Shown here: in pieces, positions 10,823-21,799 of the stretch
How positions within the stretch are numbered: the stretch's first letter is position 1
How the letters are laid out: every line of letters begins with the position of its first letter
Virus record (IMG/VR): IMGVR_UViG_3300031413_000586
Origin: an uncultured virus (IMG/VR IMGVR_UViG_3300031413_000586)
Taxonomy: Duplodnaviria > Heunggongvirae > Uroviricota > Caudoviricetes
Strand: one strand, 5' to 3'
DNA: 64,000 nt
Notes under the pieces: model-generated
Told to the model about the DNA's origin: nothing
The model's database searches: none
The model's input: only the letters and a program-made list of their open reading frames with translations
Made by a program: the position numbers and the translations under genes

Positions 10823-11353
10823 ATGAACAACAGATTTGTCATCTCATTATCTGCAGTCACTGATCAAAAAATATCATACAAATATTTTAAGGAGCGGGCT
10901 GATGCTTTATTCAATAACACACTTGAAGAATGGGTCGCCGATCCATTAAATATTATAGAAATGAAAATGCCAGAATTAAAAGACTATGAATTTTATTTCA
11001 ATAAATTACATAATTTTAGAAAAAGAATGTCAGAGTCCTTGAAAAAATCTCATATTTACGAATCCACTTTGCAAGATGATGGCAATATCAAATACATGCT
11101 TATATTTGATATAGATTCTATTATGCAAGATCTGTACAAGGAAGCATCTCAATATAATAGCAATAAAATGAAAGATGTTACATTAATTGTTACTGAATTA
11201 ATGGTTAAGTTTAAAGCAAAGAATTATATGGACAACATCAATTTTCTATTCTCTAATGATTGTGCTAAGTTACCAGAAGAAATGACATCTTGGAATGAAA
11301 TAGTCAGAAGTATAAAAAGTGAAACTTTTTACATTGTTGATGAAGATGATTAA
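10823..11353 (+). CDS. hypothetical protein
   Basis: 176-aa ORF with promoter and RBS. Confidence 0.7.
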   Translation: MNNRFVISLSAVTDQKISYKYFKERADALFNNTLEEWVADPLNIIEMKMPELKDYEFYFNKLHNFRKRMSESLKKSHIYESTLQDDGNIKYMLIFDIDSIMQDLYKEASQYNSNKMKDVTLIVTELMVKFKAKNYMDNINFLFSNDCAKLPEEMTSWNEIVRSIKSETFYIVDEDD

Positions 11354-11392
11354 CTCTTATTTAAAGCTAAATCTCCATTGCAGGAGCCAGTA

Positions 11393-11686
11393 ATGAAAAT
11401 AATTCTAGTTGATTTACTAGGAAATATTAAAGCAAATTTTTCAAGTCCCCGTATGGCAAAAAATATTTTTCAACCTGACATTGGTATGTGGGGTAAAACT
11501 GATTTTACGGCACATCATGATATCGATGTTTTTACTATCGAAAATACACATAAAATGGTAATAGAAGAAGGTTATATCAACTTATATTTTAATCGTGGTG
11601 ATAGGCTTTATTTTGTAGATGAAATGCACAATACTCCTATTAATGTTGGCGATTTGGAAACTTTTTTCTGGTATCTTAAGTTTTAG
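11393..11686 (+). CDS. hypothetical protein
   Basis: AGGAG RBS before ATG 11393. Confidence 0.65.
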   Translation: MKIILVDLLGNIKANFSSPRMAKNIFQPDIGMWGKTDFTAHHDIDVFTIENTHKMVIEEGYINLYFNRGDRLYFVDEMHNTPINVGDLETFFWYLKF

Positions 11687-11728
11687 TTGGGATCGACTCT
11701 TAAAGCCTCTATTAATCATTCAATTCAT

Positions 11729-11785
11729 CCTTTGAAATCAATTAGAGACAGGTAAGCCTCGTCCTTAATGGCTGGATAGTTTACA
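11729..11785. repeat. 57-nt dispersed repeat, copy 1; possible IS200/IS605-type end remnant
   Basis: 24-nt identity cctttgaaatcaattagagacagg with 54696..54719, then similar gtcctt...gg.tagtt.aca. Confidence 0.6.
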
Positions 11786-11874
11786 TAGAGTTATTATGAC
11801 TATAAATTTGATGAAAGGTGATTGCTAACCAGTTCTTGATTGTTATAATAATTTAGTAACATGGAGGCATATTT

Positions 11875-12480
11875 ATGCAGTTTATAGGGAAATTGGTAAA
11901 CATCAAAGAAGGTGTGTTGTTTCTTCAATCATTAAAAACAAATGAAATATTTGAATTTTCTCAAAACTTGTTGAGCAATAGCGATATAACTGATTTCTTT
12001 TCTGTCAGTTATCAAGCCGAAAATATTGCAGAATTACAAGGAGTCTATAGTTATAAAACAATCCCATCTCGCGAAATTACAACAAAAGCTATTTTTGATG
12101 AACATCCTGTATTTTTCATGAAGACATTCAAGCTACCAGAATCATTATCTCGCGAAGAGGCTGAACTTTCATTTGCTGACTTTTTTAGCGATTCATCGTG
12201 CAATTTTGTACAAAATCTCACTTATCACGAAACAGAAGAAGAGAGTGTTTATGTTACAGGTGATATAGGTGTTTATTATGTAGAAAGTTATGCGATTAAA
12301 GAATTAGCAGACAAGTTCAATCTTCAATTTTATAAAGCTATCAATATCATTGAAAATAATCTTGATGATGAATTAAAGGTTTTGCAAAATGAAATTATTG
12401 TAAAAGAGACGGCTATTACCTGTTTAAAGGCCCTTTTTTTTATGTTATTTGGTTCAATTATTTTAAAGTATTTTTCTTGA
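11875..12480 (+). CDS. hypothetical protein with C-terminal hydrophobic segment
   Basis: GGAGG RBS; C-terminal LKALFFMLFGSIIL. Confidence 0.7.
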   Translation: MQFIGKLVNIKEGVLFLQSLKTNEIFEFSQNLLSNSDITDFFSVSYQAENIAELQGVYSYKTIPSREITTKAIFDEHPVFFMKTFKLPESLSREEAELSFADFFSDSSCNFVQNLTYHETEEESVYVTGDIGVYYVESYAIKELADKFNLQFYKAINIIENNLDDELKVLQNEIIVKETAITCLKALFFMLFGSIILKYFS

Positions 12481-12593
12481 ATTTTATTTAAAAAAGTCAT
12501 TTAAATCAATAGCTTATAAATTAATTTATACCATTAAAAAATTGACTTTTTACCTTTTTTATTGTAAAATAAGTACACATGAAAGAGGTAAAT

Positions 12594-12959
12594 ATGAATA
12601 AAAAAATGGCTCAAAAAGAACTACAGGCAAAAGCACAATCTTACTATAAATATATAATTGATGAAACAGCTAAACGTATTTTATTGAAAGATCCCAATTA
12701 TCTTTTTGAAATTAAAAGAATCAATCTTGATAGGCGTGTTTCTTTTCGTAGTATTCCAAAAGGTGATTTCAAGAAAGCATTGAGAGCGTCACCCTATATA
12801 TTTACAGTATTAAAAAATAATACACCTTCTCCGCATATAGAAATTGAATTTTTTAGAAAAATCAAAGCCATGATAAGTTTATTGGAATCACAGGATAGAT
12901 TTTTGGAAATGAATATAACGGAAGATGACTTCATACTTGCTGAAATGTTGGACGTTTAA
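12594..12959 (+). CDS. hypothetical protein, C-terminal Met(-4) motif group
   Basis: TTGACT-17-TAAAAT promoter, GAGG RBS; ends ILAEMLDV. Confidence 0.7.
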   Translation: MNKKMAQKELQAKAQSYYKYIIDETAKRILLKDPNYLFEIKRINLDRRVSFRSIPKGDFKKALRASPYIFTVLKNNTPSPHIEIEFFRKIKAMISLLESQDRFLEMNITEDDFILAEMLDV

Positions 12960-12977
12960 GCCTCATCAGAGGCTTTT

Positions 12978-13355
12978 TTAATCGCCTATATAATCCCCGA
13001 GCCGCAGTGTTCCGTCTTTTAATTCCAATACTCGATAGGCAACTTGACCATCTGCCAATTCCAAATCAAAACCGCGTTCGCAAGCGATTAATTCTGACGG
13101 AATATATTCTTGCGGTTCAGCATAGCGGTTAACAGCAGCACCGTCAATGTAAGCGTGATATCTTTCGTCAGGGTCAGGTTTATTTTTTGAAATACGCTTC
13201 CAATTTTTAGGTTCAGTGGTAGCTAAAATAATCTGCCGTGTTTCGGCATCTATTGGATGATGAGGCGTTGTGAAGCGTGCTGTTTCAATTTGCGGATTAG
13301 CCTTGTGAAAATCGGCAATAAATTGTTTACAATGAGCAGTGGTTATCTTGGTCAT
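12978..13355 (-). CDS. hypothetical protein, visibly GC-richer than its flanks
   Basis: AAGGA RBS before ATG 13355. Confidence 0.7.
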   Translation of the reverse strand: MTKITTAHCKQFIADFHKANPQIETARFTTPHHPIDAETRQIILATTEPKNWKRISKNKPDPDERYHAYIDGAAVNRYAEPQEYIPSELIACERGFDLELADGQVAYRVLELKDGTLRLGDYIGD

Positions 13356-13464
13356 GATTGGTTCCTTAAATTTAATGACTATGTTACATATATTCAAAAG
13401 TAAAGTCAATCAATTGCTATTTTTTTCATTAGTGTTATCATGGGCGAACAATATGAGAGGTTTT

Positions 13465-14478
13465 ATGAATAGAATTGGATTTGCTTGTAAATATATGCAT
13501 CATGATCAGTCATTGCCTAAAAAAGAACTGGAAGCCGTTGAACGTTATTATAATACAAGAACCACAACGGCAAAATGGCTTAACAGTGTTGATAGAGAAA
13601 TTGCCGAAGAGCGTCTTTTTTCGGTTATATCACATAACCTGCAGTCTCAATTAAACATCTTGGAATACGTTTATACATTGCCTCGCAAATTACATATGAT
13701 GCGATTGAGCAGTGATCTTTTACCCATGTATACTCACCATCAATTCAAGTATTTTTATCAGCGGGCTGATGTGAAAAATCTTATTGAGACAGGCTTTGCT
13801 GCAATAGGCCATTATGCTCGTTCAAAAGACATTCGACTTTCAATGCATCCGGGGCAATTTTGTGTATTGGCCTCTGCCAATCAGAATGTGGTAGAAAAAA
13901 GCATAGAGGAATTTGAATACCATGCTGACATGATCCGAATGATGGGCTATGGCATTAGTTTTCAGGATTTCAAATGTAATATTCATATTTCTGGCCATAA
14001 TGGAGTGGCTGGTGTTTTAGCTGTTTTGCCAAGATTAAGTGAAGTGGCTATAAATACGATTACATTTGAAAACGAAGAAAAAAAGTTTGGATTAAATGCC
14101 TGTCTTGAATTAGCTGACTATGCTCCCGTTGTGTTAGATGTTCATCATTGCTGGATCAATGAGAATGATTATATTTCTTTTAATGATGATAGGGTGAAAA
14201 AAGTGATTGATAGTTGGCATGGTGTAAGACCTACAATGCATTATTCTCAATCTAGAGAATTTATTATGGATAAAGGCTTTTTACCATCTGATAAATTGGT
14301 AATCTCTGAACTTCTTGAGGTTTACAATAAAAAGGATTTATATGCTCACAGTGATTATATGTGGAATGATTGGACCAATTTATATGTAAAAGAATTTATG
14401 CACTTTTTTGATGTGATGTTTGAAGTGAAGAGTAAAAACATGGCGGTCATTGATTACTATAAGCGTTACTTGATTTAG
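13465..14478 (+). CDS. uvsE: UV-damage endonuclease UvsE/UVDE
   Basis: RIGFACK, MRLSSDLLP, RLSMHPGQF, NIH, FENEE, LDVHH, HYSQS, AHSD, EVKSK; start moved to the ATG after GAGG. Confidence 0.93.
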   Translation: MNRIGFACKYMHHDQSLPKKELEAVERYYNTRTTTAKWLNSVDREIAEERLFSVISHNLQSQLNILEYVYTLPRKLHMMRLSSDLLPMYTHHQFKYFYQRADVKNLIETGFAAIGHYARSKDIRLSMHPGQFCVLASANQNVVEKSIEEFEYHADMIRMMGYGISFQDFKCNIHISGHNGVAGVLAVLPRLSEVAINTITFENEEKKFGLNACLELADYAPVVLDVHHCWINENDYISFNDDRVKKVIDSWHGVRPTMHYSQSREFIMDKGFLPSDKLVISELLEVYNKKDLYAHSDYMWNDWTNLYVKEFMHFFDVMFEVKSKNMAVIDYYKRYLI

Positions 14479-14532
14479 TTTGACGTTTTGGTATATTTAT
14501 GCTATAGTTATGCTATTAAATGAGGTGACAAT

Positions 14533-15141
14533 GTGTATGTAACAATAGAAGACAGTTTACCAGATTTATCAATAGTCTCCTTTGGTCTTGGGGCCGATTT
14601 TTATGCAGATGAATTTTATAACCAATTTGAGTCGGATGATGATCGAATTATAGCATCCCCTGATAATGTGAATAAATTGATTTCGTTATGTGAGATGACC
14701 TCATTTGGACAAAAAATAGTAGATGATTATTGTCAAAATCAAGGGTTATTTGATTTGACTGATGAGCGAACGCTCTCTTTGAAGGATTTGAAAATTATTG
14801 CAGGGTGCATTATTACTATTCCTGTATACTATCAATACCGTATTATTGATCCAGTCATCAATGATTTTATTACCAAAAGCCAACAAGATTTTTTTGAAAA
14901 AATCAAGAATGATTCAATTAGAAAAGTTTATCAGGTTAAAGTTAAAAAAGTATTCGTAAAAAAAACACCAAATTTAAAAATTAACGTTCATTTTTTTGTA
15001 GAGTATATAGAAGATGAGTGTAATTTAGAATATTTTGAAAAATTAGGAAAAAATACTATAAGTAAAATCAGGGTTGACTCAAATGGGTCTTGTCATGTTG
15101 CATTGGATACATTTTATTCAAAGGAGTTAGATTGTGAGTGA
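14533..15141 (+). CDS. hypothetical protein
   Basis: GAGG RBS, GTG start. Confidence 0.7.
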   Translation: MYVTIEDSLPDLSIVSFGLGADFYADEFYNQFESDDDRIIASPDNVNKLISLCEMTSFGQKIVDDYCQNQGLFDLTDERTLSLKDLKIIAGCIITIPVYYQYRIIDPVINDFITKSQQDFFEKIKNDSIRKVYQVKVKKVFVKKTPNLKINVHFFVEYIEDECNLEYFEKLGKNTISKIRVDSNGSCHVALDTFYSKELDCE

Positions 15142-15856
15142 TACTTTTAAAGATGAAGCTATCAAAAAATACATGAGTAATCATAGTTTATTTATTTCAT
15201 TGTTCCAGAACAAAAGTCATTTAAATGATCAAAAAATATTAGAATTATTGAAAAGTAACCATGATATGTCTCGTTCAATACTAATTGATCTAGGTGTTGA
15301 ATTTCATGAAACAGACATGATCAGGAATTTGAACAAGCAAATTAGAGATATTGAAAGTAAACAATCCAATGACAACATTTCATTTGAAAGTATATCTAGT
15401 TTTATCAACAATTCTACTAACTGTTTAAAAGAAGCATTATTTAAAGAGGGTATTAATGGTAGTATTTCTATTTCCATGTGTCCAAACCTTAAAGTAGATA
15501 TTAAAATTTTCGGTTCAGGTCGTCATTTTGTTTCCAGAAACAGTTATAGAAAAGAAGAAGACTATTTGCTTGCAAAAGAGCGAGAATTAACTCGACACGA
15601 TAATTTGAAAGAAAATTTTGAACTTATATTGGATGAAGATGGCGATTACCTAATAGCCTATACTCAAACCAACTTGGCAATAATAAAAACTATTATTGAA
15701 AAGTGTCTAGGTCAAAATATAGAACAACTTCAATATGTCATTCAGTATGCCAATGAAGATGATATCAAAATTCCCTATATAGATGCTGTGAGTTGTATGT
15801 CGTGGACGTTGGCTAGTTCTAAAAGTCTCAATGAAGTGATGAAAAATAGATTTTGA
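15134..15856 (+). CDS. hypothetical protein
   Basis: AGGAG RBS, overlaps the upstream stop. Confidence 0.7.
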   Translation: MSDTFKDEAIKKYMSNHSLFISLFQNKSHLNDQKILELLKSNHDMSRSILIDLGVEFHETDMIRNLNKQIRDIESKQSNDNISFESISSFINNSTNCLKEALFKEGINGSISISMCPNLKVDIKIFGSGRHFVSRNSYRKEEDYLLAKERELTRHDNLKENFELILDEDGDYLIAYTQTNLAIIKTIIEKCLGQNIEQLQYVIQYANEDDIKIPYIDAVSCMSWTLASSKSLNEVMKNRF

Positions 15857-15931
15857 CTCAGATATCTTTTTGATAGATATTGCTGAATCATTTCTAATTG
15901 GTATATATATTAAATCAACAGGGAGTATATT

Positions 15932-17164
15932 ATGGGCACTTCTGCAACAACTAGATTATCTAAGGATAAAGATTATATTGAATTTTTTACACGATGGGAT
16001 GGCATTCCAAGTCTTATTAAAGAGGAAATATTGGCTATCCCAGAGCATTGGCTGACAGCAATTGCTCTATTCAAGAAAGAACTTAGCTTAGATGAATATG
16101 GTACTTCTGGTTTACGTGAATGGCTATTGGACCTTGAAAAAGTTTTAGAACATTATATGCAAACAAACGATCTTGAATCAGCAGCAGTTTTATTTTCGAA
16201 TAGATCCTTTGTTCACCATCATGCTTTTCCAGCTAAAGCCGAGGGCGACTATCTGGAAAATTGTGGTAAAGGACATCCTGCAATTGTAGCTAAATTAGGA
16301 AATCCAATCATTTTTGAGTTTTCTGAACATCTGAATGATGATGATATTTTGGTTGACAGCACTGTTTCGCGATCTCGAATTGTTGCAAGACCTATTAATG
16401 AAGAATATAAAATATTAAGGATTCAATCCCTTCGTTTTGAAAATAATTCAAAAAAATTAGTTGAACATGTTGAATATATCGACCTTAAGTATAAAGGAAT
16501 ATCGCGAGAAGAAATAATGCGAGAAGTATTATTATTACCCTTATTTTGGAGAGATTTATATACCATATCAAAGAAAATAGAAGATATAATTCAGATTACG
16601 AAGGTAAAAAAAACAGAAAGTGCTATTTCTTATTTACCTATAATGAAATTAGCCAGAAAATTAAAAAATTTTTATTCCCCTACCAAAAAATATCATCAAC
16701 GTGGTGAACGTAGTTATATAGAAGATATTCCATTTAGCCTGTCAGAAAAAGAAGACTATAAAAAAGAAATATTAATGGAAATCAGATCGTCTATTCCTCT
16801 TGATATGGCAACTGATTCATTGGCAAGTCAGCTTTCTTTTAGATTTCCGGGAAAAGTATATCCTCTAACAGAATCAGAAAACAGGTCAAATAAGGAAGTT
16901 TCTCTGACTTTATATATGCATGAAAAAGGTACTACAGATTTTTATTTTAAACCTGAAAATGTGACTGATTTTACTTATTTGTTCAATGATGTTCAATCAA
17001 AATTTTTAGAGAGAGAATTGAAATTTTTCAACTATTATGGATTGGACAAACAATCAATCAAATATGAATTGAGTCAGAATAATAATCGTTCCTTAATCGG
17101 AATTCGTTATGAAAATAGTATTGTTGAAGTTATGCAATCTCAAAGAGATATTGAATTTCTTTAA
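15932..17164 (+). CDS. hypothetical protein, MGT...TRWDG family, paralog A
   Basis: Colinear similarity to 17232..18368 (TRWDG, SFVHH, EYKILR.QSL, LP.F.RD.Y, FRFP.K.+P.TE). Confidence 0.8.
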   Translation: MGTSATTRLSKDKDYIEFFTRWDGIPSLIKEEILAIPEHWLTAIALFKKELSLDEYGTSGLREWLLDLEKVLEHYMQTNDLESAAVLFSNRSFVHHHAFPAKAEGDYLENCGKGHPAIVAKLGNPIIFEFSEHLNDDDILVDSTVSRSRIVARPINEEYKILRIQSLRFENNSKKLVEHVEYIDLKYKGISREEIMREVLLLPLFWRDLYTISKKIEDIIQITKVKKTESAISYLPIMKLARKLKNFYSPTKKYHQRGERSYIEDIPFSLSEKEDYKKEILMEIRSSIPLDMATDSLASQLSFRFPGKVYPLTESENRSNKEVSLTLYMHEKGTTDFYFKPENVTDFTYLFNDVQSKFLERELKFFNYYGLDKQSIKYELSQNNNRSLIGIRYENSIVEVMQSQRDIEFL

Positions 17165-17231
17165 ACACATTAAAAATTGCTTTTAAATGCTATTTATAGT
17201 ATAATCAAGCTTTAATTTTATGGAGTTTATA

Positions 17232-18368
17232 ATGGGAACACGAGCCGTGACACAATTGAATTCTAAGAATGACTTTATCAAACACTATACCCGGTGGGAT
17301 GGTTTTGTTCCTGAAATAAAGACACATATCAAGAATTTATCCACTGACTGGGGTGATACTCTAGATGTTTTCAGAAAGGGTTTAGATTATAATTCTCCAT
17401 CGATAGATGTTATGGTAGAATGGGCAGACAATTTTGAGCAGATGATTAAGGATTATGAGTCAACACATTCTATTGAACTTATGAGTAATCTCTTATGTTT
17501 AAAGTCTTTTGTACATCACTATGTTATGTGGAAAGATCATTACGCTCACGATGAAAAAGTGGATCTTAGTGTGGAATATAAAGATGATAGATTTGTATTT
17601 AGTAAAAGACTTCCAAAATTAAAGCCTAAAAAAATTGATTCCGAGTATAAAATATTAAGAGTTCAGTCTTTGGACATAGATAAAAAAGAAATTAGTGAGC
17701 AATTTATTGATTTCAAGTATAAGAATATTACTGAATTTGAACTATTATTTGGCTTTTTGTCATTGCCCATTTTTTTGAGAGATTTTTATACTGTTACTAA
17801 AAAACCTGCTAATGAAATTTATTCAGATGGTCGAATTCTTTCTTTAATTTTAAGTAAATTATCAAAATTCTATAAGCCAACAGAAGCTTATGATAGATTT
17901 TATTTTGCTAATGAAAAAAAGAAAGATGGACCAAGGGATGATGTACAAAAGTATAAAGATTTTACTGATGTATTACGGAATGCTGAATCAATGATACCTT
18001 TTGATTTTTGTATTGGTAAATTGGGTATGCATTTGGCTTTTAGATTTCCTAATAAGATTTTTCCTGTAACAGAAGCTGAAAAGTTGTCAGATCTTGTGCC
18101 TGATATAAAAATTTTGATGACAGAAACACAACTATCTCATATATTTGCTAATGTAAAAGACAAATCATTTGATGATCTTACAGAAATTGTGAATGATGTA
18201 TCATTATATTATGAAACGGCCAATCAAGCTTACAGTGATTATTATCAAGTAGACTCGATGTATGGTGATGTTTCATTTGTATCATACAAAAACTATGTGG
18301 GATTGAACTACGAAGAAAGTTTATCAAGAATGATGCATAGCCAGTACGAATTAGAAATTAAAAATTAA
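17232..18368 (+). CDS. hypothetical protein, MGT...TRWDG family, paralog B
   Basis: Tandem paralog of 15932..17164. Confidence 0.8.
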   Translation: MGTRAVTQLNSKNDFIKHYTRWDGFVPEIKTHIKNLSTDWGDTLDVFRKGLDYNSPSIDVMVEWADNFEQMIKDYESTHSIELMSNLLCLKSFVHHYVMWKDHYAHDEKVDLSVEYKDDRFVFSKRLPKLKPKKIDSEYKILRVQSLDIDKKEISEQFIDFKYKNITEFELLFGFLSLPIFLRDFYTVTKKPANEIYSDGRILSLILSKLSKFYKPTEAYDRFYFANEKKKDGPRDDVQKYKDFTDVLRNAESMIPFDFCIGKLGMHLAFRFPNKIFPVTEAEKLSDLVPDIKILMTETQLSHIFANVKDKSFDDLTEIVNDVSLYYETANQAYSDYYQVDSMYGDVSFVSYKNYVGLNYEESLSRMMHSQYELEIKN

Positions 18369-18420
18369 ATAAACAGCAAAGATAAAAAAAGCCTTTCTAA
18401 GGCTTTTTTTTATTCTTCAA

Positions 18421-19233
18421 TCATTCGTTAAAATACTTATCATGAAAATAGTGAACAGCTTGATTGATGCTTGACACTTTAAATCCTTTATTTTTCAATT
18501 TGACTATTTTATTTTCTGATACTCCATTGCCATATAAGATCCATGTGTTTTTATTTGCTTTTTCTACAAAGGTGAGAGAACTATCATTAAAAGAAAGATC
18601 CTCTATAATTTCTTTTTTATCAACAAAAAATGAGCCTATTAACATCAATTCATATTGCTTAGTTGGAGGTTTATTCAATAAACCGTGAAACAGCACTTTT
18701 TCATTCAATAAACCTTCATCATATAAAAATAACATACTCATATTTCCATTGATATCTGTATCTCTACCAAATACTAAGTTATTAATAAGATGACTGTCAT
18801 CGTAAATGATATGATTGTTTTGATTTAACTCAATGCCTGTAGCTTGAAATTGAGATAAAATTTCATCAAATACGGAATTCATATCTTTTTGTGTATCAAC
18901 AAATGCAATACCATTTTTGGTATTCATATAAAGAATAAGATTGGAAACACCGTTAGAAACCATATCATCTGATAGTTCATCTTTGTGCGTTTGATACCAT
19001 TCAGTAATGTATTTAAAAAATTGTTGACCTAGTTCATGATTAAGCCAAAAGATAGTTCCATCCCATGCTGTATTGATTTGATCTTCAACATAAGCAAGCA
19101 ATTCTTTTTTATTTGATGTTTTATCAAATTCCAAATTTTCTTCATTGAATACACCAATATAGCCATCAAATGATTTAGCAAAAAAGTAAGGTGTCAGTGT
19201 TTTTATTTTTACGGCAGACGCTTTATAAAACAT
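18421..19233 (-). CDS. hypothetical protein with possible C-terminal BRCT-like domain
   Basis: LIGSF..DKKEI...ILYG....K+.K....G.KV pattern. Confidence 0.55.
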   Translation of the reverse strand: MFYKASAVKIKTLTPYFFAKSFDGYIGVFNEENLEFDKTSNKKELLAYVEDQINTAWDGTIFWLNHELGQQFFKYITEWYQTHKDELSDDMVSNGVSNLILYMNTKNGIAFVDTQKDMNSVFDEILSQFQATGIELNQNNHIIYDDSHLINNLVFGRDTDINGNMSMLFLYDEGLLNEKVLFHGLLNKPPTKQYELMLIGSFFVDKKEIIEDLSFNDSSLTFVEKANKNTWILYGNGVSENKIVKLKNKGFKVSSINQAVHYFHDKYFNE

Positions 19234-19261
19234 AATATTAATCCTCATCAGTTAATGGATG

Positions 19262-19807
19262 TTATTCGTCATCATCATTTAGATAATCAAGACAATCAGA
19301 CAGAGTGGGTAGATTTTCTAATCCATAAGCGATTGCCAGTTTAACAGGATATTGTTTCTTTTTCGCAAGTATGGAATTTGTAAGATTATAGAATCTTTCA
19401 TCTTGATGAAGAGGATCTTCATTAAAACCTTTGAATATTTCAAATGTATTTTTATCGAAGTCAATCACATAAAGCCATTCACAATATAGCGATTCTGCTG
19501 CAAAATACAAACTATTTTTCAAATAAATTGGCTGATCTCTATTTTTAGTAATTATCGATAGAATATTACTGGCCGTATTCGTTCTTGTCGGATTTTTTTT
19601 AAATACTGTTTGATTATTAAGTTCTTGTTCTGTTAAGAAACAACAATTTTTTAAATTTGATTTGAATTTTTTTATAATTGATTTATCTTGATTAAGAAAG
19701 TCAATTACTTCAGCGGCCACAACGCCGGGATACCCATCAAAAACTCCAAATTGAGCTATCTGATAAGCTCCTTGATGATATACACACAAAAGATGTCTTG
19801 AACTCAT
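19262..19807 (-). CDS. phage-type hypothetical protein (Q+G..DGYP ... EW.YVID family)
   Basis: IAQFGVFDGYP and SLYCEWLYVIDFD motifs. Confidence 0.7.
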   Translation of the reverse strand: MSSRHLLCVYHQGAYQIAQFGVFDGYPGVVAAEVIDFLNQDKSIIKKFKSNLKNCCFLTEQELNNQTVFKKNPTRTNTASNILSIITKNRDQPIYLKNSLYFAAESLYCEWLYVIDFDKNTFEIFKGFNEDPLHQDERFYNLTNSILAKKKQYPVKLAIAYGLENLPTLSDCLDYLNDDDE

Positions 19808-19901
19808 ATAACTACCTATAGATTGAAATTTATTATACATTAAAAAGAGTTGATATTCAATAAAATTGTGTTATTATTTTGGTTCTAAGAGGTCTTTGCC
19901 T

Positions 19902-20660
19902 ATGTATATTAATTTGATGTTGAATAATACTAAATTTAATGATATTGACAAAATTAAAATTGGATCTTTCATGAGTCCTTTATTTTCTTCCATGGCAATT
20001 AAAGCGTTTAATTATGAAGAAACGATTGATCGCTATTGTTTAACAATTGAAACAAATAAAATAACCTACTTTTTTTATAAAACTAATAAAAGTGTTGATG
20101 TGGTTAATTTATATGCCTATGACTACAGTAAAAAACTGTATATTGAATATTACTATTATTCAACATTTTTACCTATCAATGTCTATTCAATGATAGAGGG
20201 AGATCTAAGTGGTAAAGGATATGGCGAAAAAACCAGAATCAAAAAGAATATATTTAATACCATCTATATTGAGCCTGAAATTAAGCTTGATGTAAGTTAT
20301 AATTACAAGGGAAAATCTTTAAATAGTATTACTTTTTATCTTCAACATTATAAGTTGACCTCTCGTAATGAATCGACTCAGCTATCACTGATTAATTACT
20401 TTTTTACCATTGATATTAAATCTAAACGTATAAAACTTCCACATGGTTATAAGGAACTTCCATATAGTTCAATTTTAGATGATCATATAGATAATAATCA
20501 AAAGAAGAATCCTGAAAATAAAAGTGTTTATTCAGAAGAAATAGGAGAAATGCTTTTATCTTCAATTAATTTAAAGTCTTATTTTTCAGATTTTTATTCT
20601 TCCACAAGTGTTGATGAAACAAGAAGTTTCATTTCAATAGTGAAAATGTTTTTGATATAA
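19902..20660 (+). CDS. hypothetical protein, C-terminal Met(-4) motif group
   Basis: GAGG RBS; ends SIVKMFLI. Confidence 0.7.
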   Translation: MYINLMLNNTKFNDIDKIKIGSFMSPLFSSMAIKAFNYEETIDRYCLTIETNKITYFFYKTNKSVDVVNLYAYDYSKKLYIEYYYYSTFLPINVYSMIEGDLSGKGYGEKTRIKKNIFNTIYIEPEIKLDVSYNYKGKSLNSITFYLQHYKLTSRNESTQLSLINYFFTIDIKSKRIKLPHGYKELPYSSILDDHIDNNQKKNPENKSVYSEEIGEMLLSSINLKSYFSDFYSSTSVDETRSFISIVKMFLI

Positions 20661-20692
20661 AATCATATCTAAAAAAACCAGCGTATGCTGGT

Positions 20693-21667
20693 TTAATTGT
20701 CTTCATTGCTAAGAATATAATTGTATATTTGTTTTAAGGTGATGGTGCTTACTGGTAAGCCTGTATGATTATCAACCACGATACCCAATGTTGTATTATT
20801 TTCTTTTAATTCAACAATGACATCCATCAAGTTGTCATCAGCTTCTAAAATAATGGCATGTCGGCAAAATTCCGATACCAACAATGTTTCTGTTGTACCT
20901 TTCACAAATTCAGAAGCAACATCTCGATAGAATACAATTCCAACCAGTTGACCATCTCTTTTTACGAAAAAACGCTTGTTGTTGATATTTTCGAAAGCAT
21001 ACTTATATTGATCAACAGAATCACTATAGTTCATTATTACAGGTTCAATCATCTCAACTACTTCATGAACTTTTTCTTGCTTGATACTAAATATCTTTTC
21101 AAGCATTTTTTGCTCAGCTTTATCAATAATGCCATTTTTTCTATAATGCTTGATAATCATCTTTAATTCATTCAAGCTCATCTGTCTTTTGGAGGCTAGT
21201 TTAAATATTTTGACCCACATATAGGTTAAAAGAATAAAAGGGTAATTAATAAAGTAAGATCCACGAGCAATCCAGCTTAGTTTAATTAATATTTTTTCAT
21301 AGCTATAATTGGCTACGATTTTAGGTAATGTTCTTGCAAAAACCAACATAAAATAAGTTAGGACACCTGTAAAAATAATAACATGATTACCACTTAGATA
21401 TTTTGCTGATAATGCTCCCAACAATGAACTGCCTAGAATACTACTAAACGTAATGGCAACTACCATTGCTGTAATATGCCAATCCTTTTTTTCCATTATT
21501 TTTGATATGCGTTTCTTTGTTTTTTCTTTTACATCTGATCGGTTCATGAAAATATGAAGTTTAATATCATCCATGACGATAATAGAAGATTCAACGAGAG
21601 CGAAAAGACCAGAAACTATAACAACCAGTATTGATGCCAGAATAAGCAATGATATTTCTAAATACAT
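20693..21667 (-). CDS. CNNM/CorC-HlyC family membrane protein (DUF21 + CBS)
   Basis: SGLFALVESSI, several TM helices, LPKIVA, then a degenerate CBS pair. Confidence 0.85.
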   Translation of the reverse strand: MYLEISLLILASILVVIVSGLFALVESSIIVMDDIKLHIFMNRSDVKEKTKKRISKIMEKKDWHITAMVVAITFSSILGSSLLGALSAKYLSGNHVIIFTGVLTYFMLVFARTLPKIVANYSYEKILIKLSWIARGSYFINYPFILLTYMWVKIFKLASKRQMSLNELKMIIKHYRKNGIIDKAEQKMLEKIFSIKQEKVHEVVEMIEPVIMNYSDSVDQYKYAFENINNKRFFVKRDGQLVGIVFYRDVASEFVKGTTETLLVSEFCRHAIILEADDNLMDVIVELKENNTTLGIVVDNHTGLPVSTITLKQIYNYILSNEDN

Positions 21668-21799
21668 GTTATCGTCCTTTTTAAGCGTTTACATAATTAG
21701 ATTAACATAAAAGTATAGAAATTAAAACACTTATTTCAAAATATTGTATTTTGTAAACTTTGCGTTATACTCATAATAACTTTAAAAAGGAGAGTGTAC

